From Candidatus Rifleibacteriota bacterium (GTDB lineage Bacteria > Muiribacteriota > Ozemobacteria > Ozemobacterales > Ozemobacteraceae): a stretch of 54,581 nucleotides of DNA. Positions 44,336 to 52,799 of the stretch are shown here, in pieces; positions within the stretch are counted from its first letter, which is position 1; every line of letters starts with the position of its first letter. A model generated the notes under the pieces. That model ran no database searches. It had not been told where the DNA came from and was given only the letters and a program-made list of their open reading frames with translations. The stretch spans positions 1-54,581 of the forward strand of contig JBNJGH010000007.1 of the NCBI GenBank assembly GCA_051747585.1, in the 5' to 3' direction. A program made the translations under genes and the position numbers.

Positions 44336-46396
44336 TTAAACGCTTGTAACTTCTGTCATCAAGCGATCTGCGGCCGCGCTATTCGGAGTCATTTTTTCCA
44401 ACAGATCTTCTGCCTTGCTTTGATCGCCTTTCATGCACAGGAGGTGACCATACCAGGCGCAAGCTCTACTTATTCTTAATTTTGTTTCACAGGCTGTTTT
44501 TGCTGTCTCAAGAGCTTTTTCATCGTCACCGCGTGATTCAGCTGCTATAGAATCGATAACTTTCTTTAATGCCTCTGTTTTGACTCCACCTCTTATTTGA
44601 GCTGTTCTGGCGTACCATTTTTTAACCGCATCAACCGATTTCATATTATAATCAAGTTCAATTAATTCAAGCAGACTTTCGGCTTTAAACAAAGGTAATT
44701 TAGCAAAGGAAAAAGCTTTATTAAGGTCAATATGAGCTTGAACATTCTCTTTGTAAAACAAATCGCAGCGGCCTAATACCAGCAAAGAAAGAGCAGTTTC
44801 ATCAGTAGAGAAATTTGAAATTGCTTCTTTTGATATATTACGAATTAATTTTAAAGCCCCGGCAAAATCGCCTGTAAACGATTTGAGATATGCACTGAAA
44901 AGTTCTCCGGCTTCTTGCAGGCTGGAACCGGAAAACTGCTTCAAATAGCCTTCAATAGATTTTCCTGCTTCTATGTAATCTTCTCTGGCAATCAAAGCAA
45001 TTATGTATGCTTTCCAAAGAATGGGAAAAGTCTTTTTGTCGAAATTTGTCTGAACTTTTCTGGCAATCAATACAACTTCGTTAAAATCATCTTTATCAAG
45101 AAGTTTCCAGGCTTTGGTCTCAAGAATTTTGGCATCGGTGAAGCTTAAAGCAGAACCCCTGTTCAGATCCTGGCGATTAACTTCTGCAAAGCCCGAATAG
45201 CCAAACAAGCTTAAAATCTTGTATTGTATAAAACGGCCGAGAGGCATGCAAAAACTGACAAGAAAAGCCATAAATGCGCTTGCAAACATAACAGAGATGC
45301 GAAAACCAAAACTAAGTCTACTTTGAAAAACTAGAACAAAAATCATAAAAAACCAGCAAAAAAACCAGATACCGAAATATTCGTATCTTATCGGTCGTAG
45401 TTCTTTGGGAAGCATTCGCGCAATGGGAAAAATAATAAAAAGCCCCAGGGCAACAAGGTTTCCTGAAATTAAAAGACGCGGCAAAACCCAGACTGAATCG
45501 TATATTGAAAACTGTTCAGTCATTGCAGCCAGATAAAACTCTCTTTGTCCTAGCATTCTGGCACCCGACATAAATAAAACCGCTCCTGTTACAAATGCCA
45601 ACTCATGCCAGATTTTAGTAGGCGCAGATAGTTTGCGAACAAAAAACAAAAGTGTAGAAAAAAGAATAATAAAATAAAGAGTACTCCAAAATGCACCAAG
45701 AGTGACCGGAAGCAAGGTTAAAAACAGAATTGGACCGATACGCCAGAGATTTAGTAAAAATGGCGAATTATTATCGATATAATTTTCGGGGTTCATATAA
45801 TTGCCGAACTCGCTACAGGTTGAAAATGCCCTGACAAAATTCCCCATCTGCATATCGACAAGAAAAGCTATTATAAGCTCATTAAAAGATAGTCCGGCAA
45901 AGCTTGAAGAATCTCTTAAAAGCTCTTCTGCTCTTGAAGAAAAAGATAGCAGATAATTAACCATTGCCAATCTTATTTTTGCGGGCTCATTAGACTCAAG
46001 GGCTTTAAGCGAACGGGATAAATTTACCGCACATTCTTGAAGATCATCTTGAGCAAGAGCTATTCGACCAAGAAAAAGATATACTTCGGAACGACCGGCA
46101 TCTGGAATTTTATTGAGGGGAACCCTGGCAAGTAATTCCCGTGCTCTTTCGTACATTCCGACCTTGTAAAGGGACTTACCCCAGTATAAAAGAGGCAGAA
46201 TGTTTTTGGGATAAACCTTATAAGCCTCTTCATAAGAAGCTACGGCCTCATCAAAATCGCCCCTTTTTTCTGCCTTTTGACCTTTTTGAACTAGAAGCTG
46301 AGACCGCTCCAATAAGCTTTCATCATCCTGAGAGAAAGAAATCTGGCAAATCAACACAAACAGTGCCAGAAATAAAACCCCTGATTTTTTTACCAA
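44336..46396 (-). CDS. TPR-repeat polytopic membrane protein
   Basis: Signal peptide, N-terminal TPRs (GDFDEAVASYEEAYKVYPKN), about 6 central TM segments and C-terminal TPR-like helices. Confidence 0.8.
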   Translation of the reverse strand: MVKKSGVLFLALFVLICQISFSQDDESLLERSQLLVQKGQKAEKRGDFDEAVASYEEAYKVYPKNILPLLYWGKSLYKVGMYERARELLARVPLNKIPDAGRSEVYLFLGRIALAQDDLQECAVNLSRSLKALESNEPAKIRLAMVNYLLSFSSRAEELLRDSSSFAGLSFNELIIAFLVDMQMGNFVRAFSTCSEFGNYMNPENYIDNNSPFLLNLWRIGPILFLTLLPVTLGAFWSTLYFIILFSTLLFFVRKLSAPTKIWHELAFVTGAVLFMSGARMLGQREFYLAAMTEQFSIYDSVWVLPRLLISGNLVALGLFIIFPIARMLPKELRPIRYEYFGIWFFCWFFMIFVLVFQSRLSFGFRISVMFASAFMAFLVSFCMPLGRFIQYKILSLFGYSGFAEVNRQDLNRGSALSFTDAKILETKAWKLLDKDDFNEVVLIARKVQTNFDKKTFPILWKAYIIALIAREDYIEAGKSIEGYLKQFSGSSLQEAGELFSAYLKSFTGDFAGALKLIRNISKEAISNFSTDETALSLLVLGRCDLFYKENVQAHIDLNKAFSFAKLPLFKAESLLELIELDYNMKSVDAVKKWYARTAQIRGGVKTEALKKVIDSIAAESRGDDEKALETAKTACETKLRISRACAWYGHLLCMKGDQSKAEDLLEKMTPNSAAADRLMTEVTSV

Positions 46397-46415
46397 ACCG
46401 ATCCCCCGGATGTAA

Positions 46416-46595
46416 TTATTTCATAAGTTCTTTTTGTTTTTTAGTTGCTTCAACATCTTTATTTATTTCAATTTTAATTATATCACCAGTAACGATTTCT
46501 TCATTTACATAGCTTTTATGTATATTAATCAAATCGCCATTTTCCAGCAAACATCTGAAATATTCACCCTTTATTGAATCAATTACAGCCTGCAT
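46416..46595 (-). CDS. DUF3006-like small protein (59 aa, missed by ORF track)
   Basis: AGGAGGA (46607-46601) precedes ATG 46595. MQAVIDSIKGEYFRCLLENGDLINIHKSYVNEEIVTGDIIKIEINKDVEATKKQKELMK* fits the DUF3006 pattern (VID..G...GD....ID.E.T). It fills the operon gap. Confidence 0.75.
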   Translation of the reverse strand: MQAVIDSIKGEYFRCLLENGDLINIHKSYVNEEIVTGDIIKIEINKDVEATKKQKELMK

Positions 46596-46616
46596 TTTTT
46601 TCCTCCTGTACCTATT

Positions 46617-46970
46617 TCAGTAACCCAGTTGGGCCAGAAAACTCTGAACAAATCGGTGGACTTCATCTATCGAATCATCTTTACTTGATGCTTCCATAAA
46701 AGCAATTTTATTGCCTCTCATATCTCCTTCGCGAGTTTTATAAACTTCAATACGATATACCAGCTGCTTAGAAAAATTTTTATGGGGAAAAGTTTTTACA
46801 AGCAGGCGGGTACCATCAAGCAATCTTAAAGTAAGAATTTCCTGGAGCGGGCCATATTGGATCGTCACATCCATTCCGAGATCTTTGTCTTTTCGAAACA
46901 AATATCTCTGAATTATGCGAAAAATAACCCCCCCAATATCTTGAAGGGTCAGTCTACTGCTTTGCTCCAT
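46617..46970 (-). CDS. Hypothetical protein
   Basis: 117-aa ORF overlapping the thrS end by 22 nt, same strand, globular-looking composition. Confidence 0.6.
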   Translation of the reverse strand: MEQSSRLTLQDIGGVIFRIIQRYLFRKDKDLGMDVTIQYGPLQEILTLRLLDGTRLLVKTFPHKNFSKQLVYRIEVYKTREGDMRGNKIAFMEASSKDDSIDEVHRFVQSFLAQLGY

Positions 46971-48868
46971 TCCTGTTCCTTTATAAATTCTTCAAGACTG
47001 ATCATACTCAAATTTTCGCCACTGCGTTTTCTAACGGTAATTTTACCCTCTTCAGCTTCTTTATCTCCTATTATGATCATATAAGGAATTTTTTCAAGCT
47101 GGGCCTGGCGAATTCTATAACCGATTTTATCGCTTCTTTCGTCTAACTTACTTCGAATATGACTTTTGCATAACTTTTTATTTACATCTGCTGCATAATC
47201 GGCATGCTTTTCAGTTATCGGCATGATAACTGTCTGAACCGGGGCAAGCCATAGTGGCATTGCTCCACCATAATGCTCTACCAGAACACCGAAGAATCGT
47301 TCGAGGGAACCAAGCAATGCACGATGCACCATGTAAGGCCTGTGCTTGTTCCCATCAGAACCGACATAAGTCATATCAAATCTTTCCGGAAGGTTCCAGT
47401 CAAACTGAACTGTGGTCATTTGCCATTCACGTCCAATCGCATCTCTGATTTTGAGATCGATCTTGGGGCCATAAAAAGCTCCACCGCCTTCGTCGAATTC
47501 CCAGTCAAGATCTTCAGCCAGAATAGCCTGGCGCAATGATTCTGTTGCTTGCTCCCAACGTTCATCATTAGAACCAACAGCTTTCGCCGGACGAGTTGAA
47601 AGATAGGCTTTAATGTCAGTAAAACCAAAAGCACGCCAGAGTTCAAGGCTGAAGCGCAATACTTCACGAACTTCATCCTGAATCTGTTCAGGAGTGCAGA
47701 AAACATGGGCATCATCCTGGGTAAAGCCCCTGACTCTCATCAGTCCATGAAGAACTCCGCTCTTTTCGTAACGATATACGGTGCCAAGTTCGGCCCAACG
47801 CAAAGGCAGATCACGATAAGACCGAACCTGGGATTTATAAACCATAATATGGAAAGGGCAATTCATCGGCTTAATAAAATAATCGACGTTATCAACCTCT
47901 ATAGGGTTATACATGGCATCTTTATAATTTTGCAGATGTCCGCTTGTTTCCCAGAGCCAGCTTTGCCCGATGTGGGGTGAGTAAAGCAACTCATAACCAT
48001 TCCGGTAATGCATATCTTTCCAGAATTTTTCGATTTCGTGTCTTATTCTTGCACCTTTTGGGTGCCAGAAGACAAGGCCCGGACCAACTTCTTCCTGAGT
48101 TGAAAAAAGATCGAGTTCTTTACCCAGTTTCCGATGATCTCTTTTTTTTGCTTCTTCGATCTGGTTAAGATAGGCTTTAAGCTCTTTTTTATCGGCAAAG
48201 GCAGTGCCGTAAATGCGCTGCAACATTGGTCTGGTTTCGTCGCCCCTCCAGTATGCGCCGGCAACACTTAGAAGCTTGAAGTTCTTCACTACCCCAGAGT
48301 GCTGCACATGAGGGCCTCTGCAAAGATCAACGAAATTCCCCTGAATAAAAACTGTAATGGTTTGATCTTTGAGTTCTTCGATCAGCTCGAGTTTAAAAGG
48401 CTGTTTCATTTCAGCAAACATTTTTACCGCTTCTTCTTTGCTGACCACCTTACGCTCAAAAGGCCTTTTCGCTTTGATAATTTCTTTCATTTTATCTTCG
48501 ACTACGGCCAGATCATCGTTGTTAAGTGGTCGTGGAAGCAGCATATCATAATAAAAGCCATTTTCTATTGTGGGGCCTATGCCAAACCGGGCATCGGGAA
48601 AAAGCTCTAAAACGGCTTCAGCCATTATATGAGCCATAGAATGACGATAAACTTCTGTTGCCTCTGGCGATTTAGCCGTAATTACCTCAAAATCGGCAGA
48701 CGCGTTTAGCGGTGCTCGCAAATCAACGATTTCACCGTTTATTTTACCGGCAAGGGCAGCGTTGGCCAGACCAGGTCCTATTTTTTGTGCGGCATCATAT
48801 ATTGTGGCTCCAGCTTCAAGCTCAATCTGCTTTCCATCGGGGAGCTTTAACTGAATATTCTCTGACAT
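46949..48868 (-). CDS. thrS: Threonine--tRNA ligase
   Basis: N-terminal TGS domain, editing motifs RHSMAH and DLCRGPH, KPMNCPFH, GLMRVRGFTQDDAH, FYGPKID, HRALLGSLERF. Confidence 0.98.
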   Translation of the reverse strand: MSENIQLKLPDGKQIELEAGATIYDAAQKIGPGLANAALAGKINGEIVDLRAPLNASADFEVITAKSPEATEVYRHSMAHIMAEAVLELFPDARFGIGPTIENGFYYDMLLPRPLNNDDLAVVEDKMKEIIKAKRPFERKVVSKEEAVKMFAEMKQPFKLELIEELKDQTITVFIQGNFVDLCRGPHVQHSGVVKNFKLLSVAGAYWRGDETRPMLQRIYGTAFADKKELKAYLNQIEEAKKRDHRKLGKELDLFSTQEEVGPGLVFWHPKGARIRHEIEKFWKDMHYRNGYELLYSPHIGQSWLWETSGHLQNYKDAMYNPIEVDNVDYFIKPMNCPFHIMVYKSQVRSYRDLPLRWAELGTVYRYEKSGVLHGLMRVRGFTQDDAHVFCTPEQIQDEVREVLRFSLELWRAFGFTDIKAYLSTRPAKAVGSNDERWEQATESLRQAILAEDLDWEFDEGGGAFYGPKIDLKIRDAIGREWQMTTVQFDWNLPERFDMTYVGSDGNKHRPYMVHRALLGSLERFFGVLVEHYGGAMPLWLAPVQTVIMPITEKHADYAADVNKKLCKSHIRSKLDERSDKIGYRIRQAQLEKIPYMIIIGDKEAEEGKITVRKRSGENLSMISLEEFIKEQEWSKAVD

Positions 48869-48891
48869 TTTGTCTCCTTTATTTATAGCGG

Positions 48892-50118
48892 TTATTCTTT
48901 AAGCAGAATAACTTTCCTGAAATCACGTTTGCCGGCCTGAATAACAAAGTTGTCTCCGGCCATAAATTTTTTCTGACCGTCAACAATCTTTTTCTGATCG
49001 ATCTTAACAGCACTTTGTTGAACCTTGCGCCGGGCATCGCCGCCACTGCTGGCAAGTCCGGTTACTTTGAGAAGTCTTAACAAAGTAATTCCTTCTTCAT
49101 TCACCGCCAGCTTTGCTTCTTCTATTTCGTCAGGCAGACCATCACCGGTCTTGCCGAAAATTTTCTCGAATTCGGCTTCGGCTGCTTCGGCTGCTTTCGC
49201 ACCATGATACTGAGCGGTTATTTGTCCGGCCAGGGCCATTTTCATCTTTTTGGGCTCGACAGGAATTCGATTGCGAACCTCTTCAAGCTTATCAAGAGCG
49301 AGGTTTGTAAGAAGCTCATAATATTTCATCATCAGATCATCGGGAATTGACATTATTTTGCCATAGATTTGACCGGGTTCTTCGTTGATCCCAACATAGT
49401 TCCCCAGACTTTTGGACATTTTTTCGGTGCCGTCCAATCCTTCTAGAATCGGCATTGTCAGAGTAATCTGTGGTGCCTGACCATAAGATCGCTGCAACTC
49501 ACGCCCGACTAGAAGATTAAAGGTCTGGTCTACACCGCCAAGCTCGATATCAGCTTTAAGAGCAACCGAGTCGTACCCCTGCATTAATGGATACAAGAAC
49601 TCGACCACACTTATTGGCGTATGATTTTTAAATCTTCTTTCAAAATCATCGCGTTCGAGCATGCGGGCAACTGTATATTGTGATGAAAGCTTCAACACAT
49701 CAGCAAAAGTCATTTTACCAAGCCATTCAGAGTTAAAAACAATCCTGACTTTATCAACATCCAGAATTTTACCAATCTGTTCTTTATAAGTCTGAGCATT
49801 GGCAAAAACCTCATCTTCGGTTAAAGCAGGTCTGGTTTTTTTCTTGCCGGTTGGGTCACCGATTCTGCCGGTAAAGTCACCGATAAGAAAAACAGCCTGA
49901 TGCCCCAGAGATTGGAACTGCCTCATTTTCTGGAGAACTACCGTATGCCCCAGATGAATATCCGGCGCCGAAGGGTCGGCACCAAGCTTAATAATCAGTG
50001 GAGTCCCAGTATTATAGGATTTCTCGAATTTTTTAAGCAGCTCTTCTTTTGAAACAATGTCAGCTGCACCGGTTGAAACAATTTCAAGTTGTTCTGCGGG
50101 TGTTGCGCTAAATTTCAC
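48892..50118 (-). CDS. tyrS: Tyrosine--tRNA ligase
   Basis: KLGADPSAPDIHLGH, YPLMQGYDS, GGVDQTFN, KMSKS, C-terminal S4 domain. Confidence 0.98.
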   Translation of the reverse strand: MKFSATPAEQLEIVSTGAADIVSKEELLKKFEKSYNTGTPLIIKLGADPSAPDIHLGHTVVLQKMRQFQSLGHQAVFLIGDFTGRIGDPTGKKKTRPALTEDEVFANAQTYKEQIGKILDVDKVRIVFNSEWLGKMTFADVLKLSSQYTVARMLERDDFERRFKNHTPISVVEFLYPLMQGYDSVALKADIELGGVDQTFNLLVGRELQRSYGQAPQITLTMPILEGLDGTEKMSKSLGNYVGINEEPGQIYGKIMSIPDDLMMKYYELLTNLALDKLEEVRNRIPVEPKKMKMALAGQITAQYHGAKAAEAAEAEFEKIFGKTGDGLPDEIEEAKLAVNEEGITLLRLLKVTGLASSGGDARRKVQQSAVKIDQKKIVDGQKKFMAGDNFVIQAGKRDFRKVILLKE

Positions 50119-50121
50119 GGC

Positions 50122-52782
50122 CTAAATATTCCCCAGTTCTTTTCGATATTCTTCCAGTTTTTCCAGCTTCTGATCGTATTCGGAAATGCCATCACGAATT
50201 TTATTAACTACTTCAGCCGGAGCTCTGGTTACAAAATTCTTGTTTTCAAGTTTACCAGATATTTTGGCTCTATCTTTTTTGATTTTCTCGACTTCATTGC
50301 TGATTCTGTCTAATTCAGACTCGACATCAATGACTCCTGCCAAATCGAGACAAACTTCTGTTGACCCCAACAGACTAACTAGATGGCCGGAAGGTTTCTG
50401 TTCAACCAGCTCAAGCTTTTCAAGCCCGGCCAGGTTACAGATCATTTCAACATGATCTGTAAAAACAGAAGGCATATCTTTATTTTCTACAACACGTATC
50501 AAAAGCTTTTTAGCCGGTGATATGTTAGCAGAAGCACGCAGATTTCTGATTATACGGACTGCTTCCATCATTTCCCCCATTTCCTGCTCGAGAGGAATAT
50601 TAACCCATTCAGACTTAACTTCAGGGAATAAAGCAGTCATCAAATAACCATTGCTTCCAGGCAGTTTCTGCCAGATTTCTTCGGTGATAAAAGGCATAAA
50701 AGGATGAAGAACTTTTAGCGCATTATTGAGGCAGGTAACCAGAACCTGCTGAACAGTCGCTTTACGTTCTTTATCCGAACAAAAAAGAACCGGCTTGGAC
50801 ATTTCTATATACCAGTCACAGAAATCATTCCAGATATATTCATATACAGCCTTTAAGGCATCATTAAATCTATAGTTTCCGGCTTCAAGATTTTTTTCGA
50901 CTTCCTGAATCGCGAAATTCATTCTCGAAATAATCCAGCAATCGGCAGAACTAAGTTTCGCAGCCTCAGGGAATGGTTTTGCGATCGAGCAATCTGAATT
51001 TTCAAGGTTCATCATTACAAATCTGGAAGCGTTCCACAGCTTATTGGCAAAATTTCTACCAATTTCCACTTTTTTTTCGGCAAATTTGATATCCTGGCCA
51101 ACCGGTGCCAGAGAAATAACAGTGTATCTTAAAGCATCAGCACCATATTTAGAGATAATATCAAGAGGGTCGGGTGAATTACCCAGCGACTTGCTCATTT
51201 TCCTGCCCTTCATATCTCTGACGATACTGGTGAAATACACCTCGTCAAATGGGCATTCATCTACAAAATAGTAGCCGGCCATCACCATTCTTGCTACCCA
51301 GAAAAAGATTATGTCAGGGCCGGTTACCAGTGCATTTGTGGGATAAAATTTTCTGAGGGTTTGGGTGTCATCAGGCCATCCCATAGTTGAAAAAGGCCAT
51401 AACCATGATGAGAACCAGGTGTCCAGGACGTCTTCGTCCTGTTTAATCTCTTCGGTAGCACCACATTTGCTACATTTTTCGGGTTGGCTGTCGCTGACGA
51501 TTATTTCGCCGCATGCCTGACATGTATAAGCAGGAATGCGATGGCCCCACCACAGCTGGCGACTGATGCACCAGTCTCTTATGTTTTCCATCCAATGAAG
51601 ATAAACTCCCAGCCAGCGATCAGGAGTAAATCTTAACTTACCGCTTTTTACTGCTTCAACCGCCTTTTTGGCTAAAGGCTTCATTTTTACAAACCACTGA
51701 TCAGAAAGATAGGGCTCTATAACGGTTTTACAGCGCTCACAATGTCCTACCGCTAATTCATGGTCTTGGATTTTTTCAAGCAGCTCCTGCTCTTCAAGGG
51801 CTTCTATAATTGCTTTTCTCGCGGCAAAACGATCCATTCCGGCAAATTGACCGGCATGCTCATTCATAACTCCGCCTTCATCCATAACGATAATCTGTTC
51901 GAGATTATGCCTCTGACCCATCTCAAAATCATTTGGATCATGAGCAGGAGTAATTTTTACCGCACCTGAGCCAAAGTCTTTATCGACATATTCGTCTGTT
52001 ATTACCGGTATTTCTCGATCAACAAAAGGAAGCACAAGCTTTTTGCCAACCAGATCAGCGTATCTTTCATCATCGGGGTGAACGGCTACGGCAGTATCGC
52101 CAAGCATTGTTTCTGGTCTGGTTGTAGCAACGACAACATACCCTTTACCATCTTTACGCGAATATCGCATGTGCCACAGATGGCCTTTAGTATCTTGAGG
52201 AATTTTTTCTTCATCGGATAAAGCGGTTCTACAACGAGGACACCAGTTAATAATATACTTTCCTTTATAGATCAGGCCGTCATTATAAAGCTTTATGAAG
52301 CATTTTTGAACAGCCTTGCTAAGGCCTTCATCCATAGTAAAGCGTTCCCGTTCCCAATCACAAGAGCAGCCTAATCGCTTCAACTGACTGAGAATTATAC
52401 CGCCAAACTTTTCTTTCCAGGCCCACACATGCTCAAGGAACTTCTCGCGGCCGAGATCATGACGAGATACCTTCTGCTTGGCAAGTGATTTCTCGACGAC
52501 ATTCTGAGTAGCAATTCCGGCATGGTCAGTACCTGGAAGCCAGAGGGTTTCTTTTCCCAGCATTCGCTGATACCTGATTAAAATATCCTGAAGGGTGTTA
52601 TTGAGAACATGCCCCATTGTAAGCATCCCTGTGACGTTGGGGGGAGGAATCACAATCGAATAGGACTGTTTTTCAGAATTTTCTTCTGCATGAAAACAGC
52701 CATTTTTTTCCCATTGCTGGTATATTTCAGCTTCTACATTAGTTGGATCATAAGCTTTTGGTAATAAATTATTCTGCGACAT
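50122..52782 (-). CDS. valS: Valine--tRNA ligase
   Basis: PPPNVTG, GTDHAGIATQ, ATTRPETMLGD, DWCISRQLWWGH, DVLDTWFSS, KMSKS, C-terminal coiled coil. Confidence 0.98.
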   Translation of the reverse strand: MSQNNLLPKAYDPTNVEAEIYQQWEKNGCFHAEENSEKQSYSIVIPPPNVTGMLTMGHVLNNTLQDILIRYQRMLGKETLWLPGTDHAGIATQNVVEKSLAKQKVSRHDLGREKFLEHVWAWKEKFGGIILSQLKRLGCSCDWERERFTMDEGLSKAVQKCFIKLYNDGLIYKGKYIINWCPRCRTALSDEEKIPQDTKGHLWHMRYSRKDGKGYVVVATTRPETMLGDTAVAVHPDDERYADLVGKKLVLPFVDREIPVITDEYVDKDFGSGAVKITPAHDPNDFEMGQRHNLEQIIVMDEGGVMNEHAGQFAGMDRFAARKAIIEALEEQELLEKIQDHELAVGHCERCKTVIEPYLSDQWFVKMKPLAKKAVEAVKSGKLRFTPDRWLGVYLHWMENIRDWCISRQLWWGHRIPAYTCQACGEIIVSDSQPEKCSKCGATEEIKQDEDVLDTWFSSWLWPFSTMGWPDDTQTLRKFYPTNALVTGPDIIFFWVARMVMAGYYFVDECPFDEVYFTSIVRDMKGRKMSKSLGNSPDPLDIISKYGADALRYTVISLAPVGQDIKFAEKKVEIGRNFANKLWNASRFVMMNLENSDCSIAKPFPEAAKLSSADCWIISRMNFAIQEVEKNLEAGNYRFNDALKAVYEYIWNDFCDWYIEMSKPVLFCSDKERKATVQQVLVTCLNNALKVLHPFMPFITEEIWQKLPGSNGYLMTALFPEVKSEWVNIPLEQEMGEMMEAVRIIRNLRASANISPAKKLLIRVVENKDMPSVFTDHVEMICNLAGLEKLELVEQKPSGHLVSLLGSTEVCLDLAGVIDVESELDRISNEVEKIKKDRAKISGKLENKNFVTRAPAEVVNKIRDGISEYDQKLEKLEEYRKELGNI

Positions 52783-52799
52783 GTTCTAATTCCTGATAT

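Noticed and set aside
48869..48891. T-box or attenuator upstream of thrS or tyrS
   Set aside because: The intergenic gaps of 23 nt and 3 nt are too short and contain at most an SD sequence.
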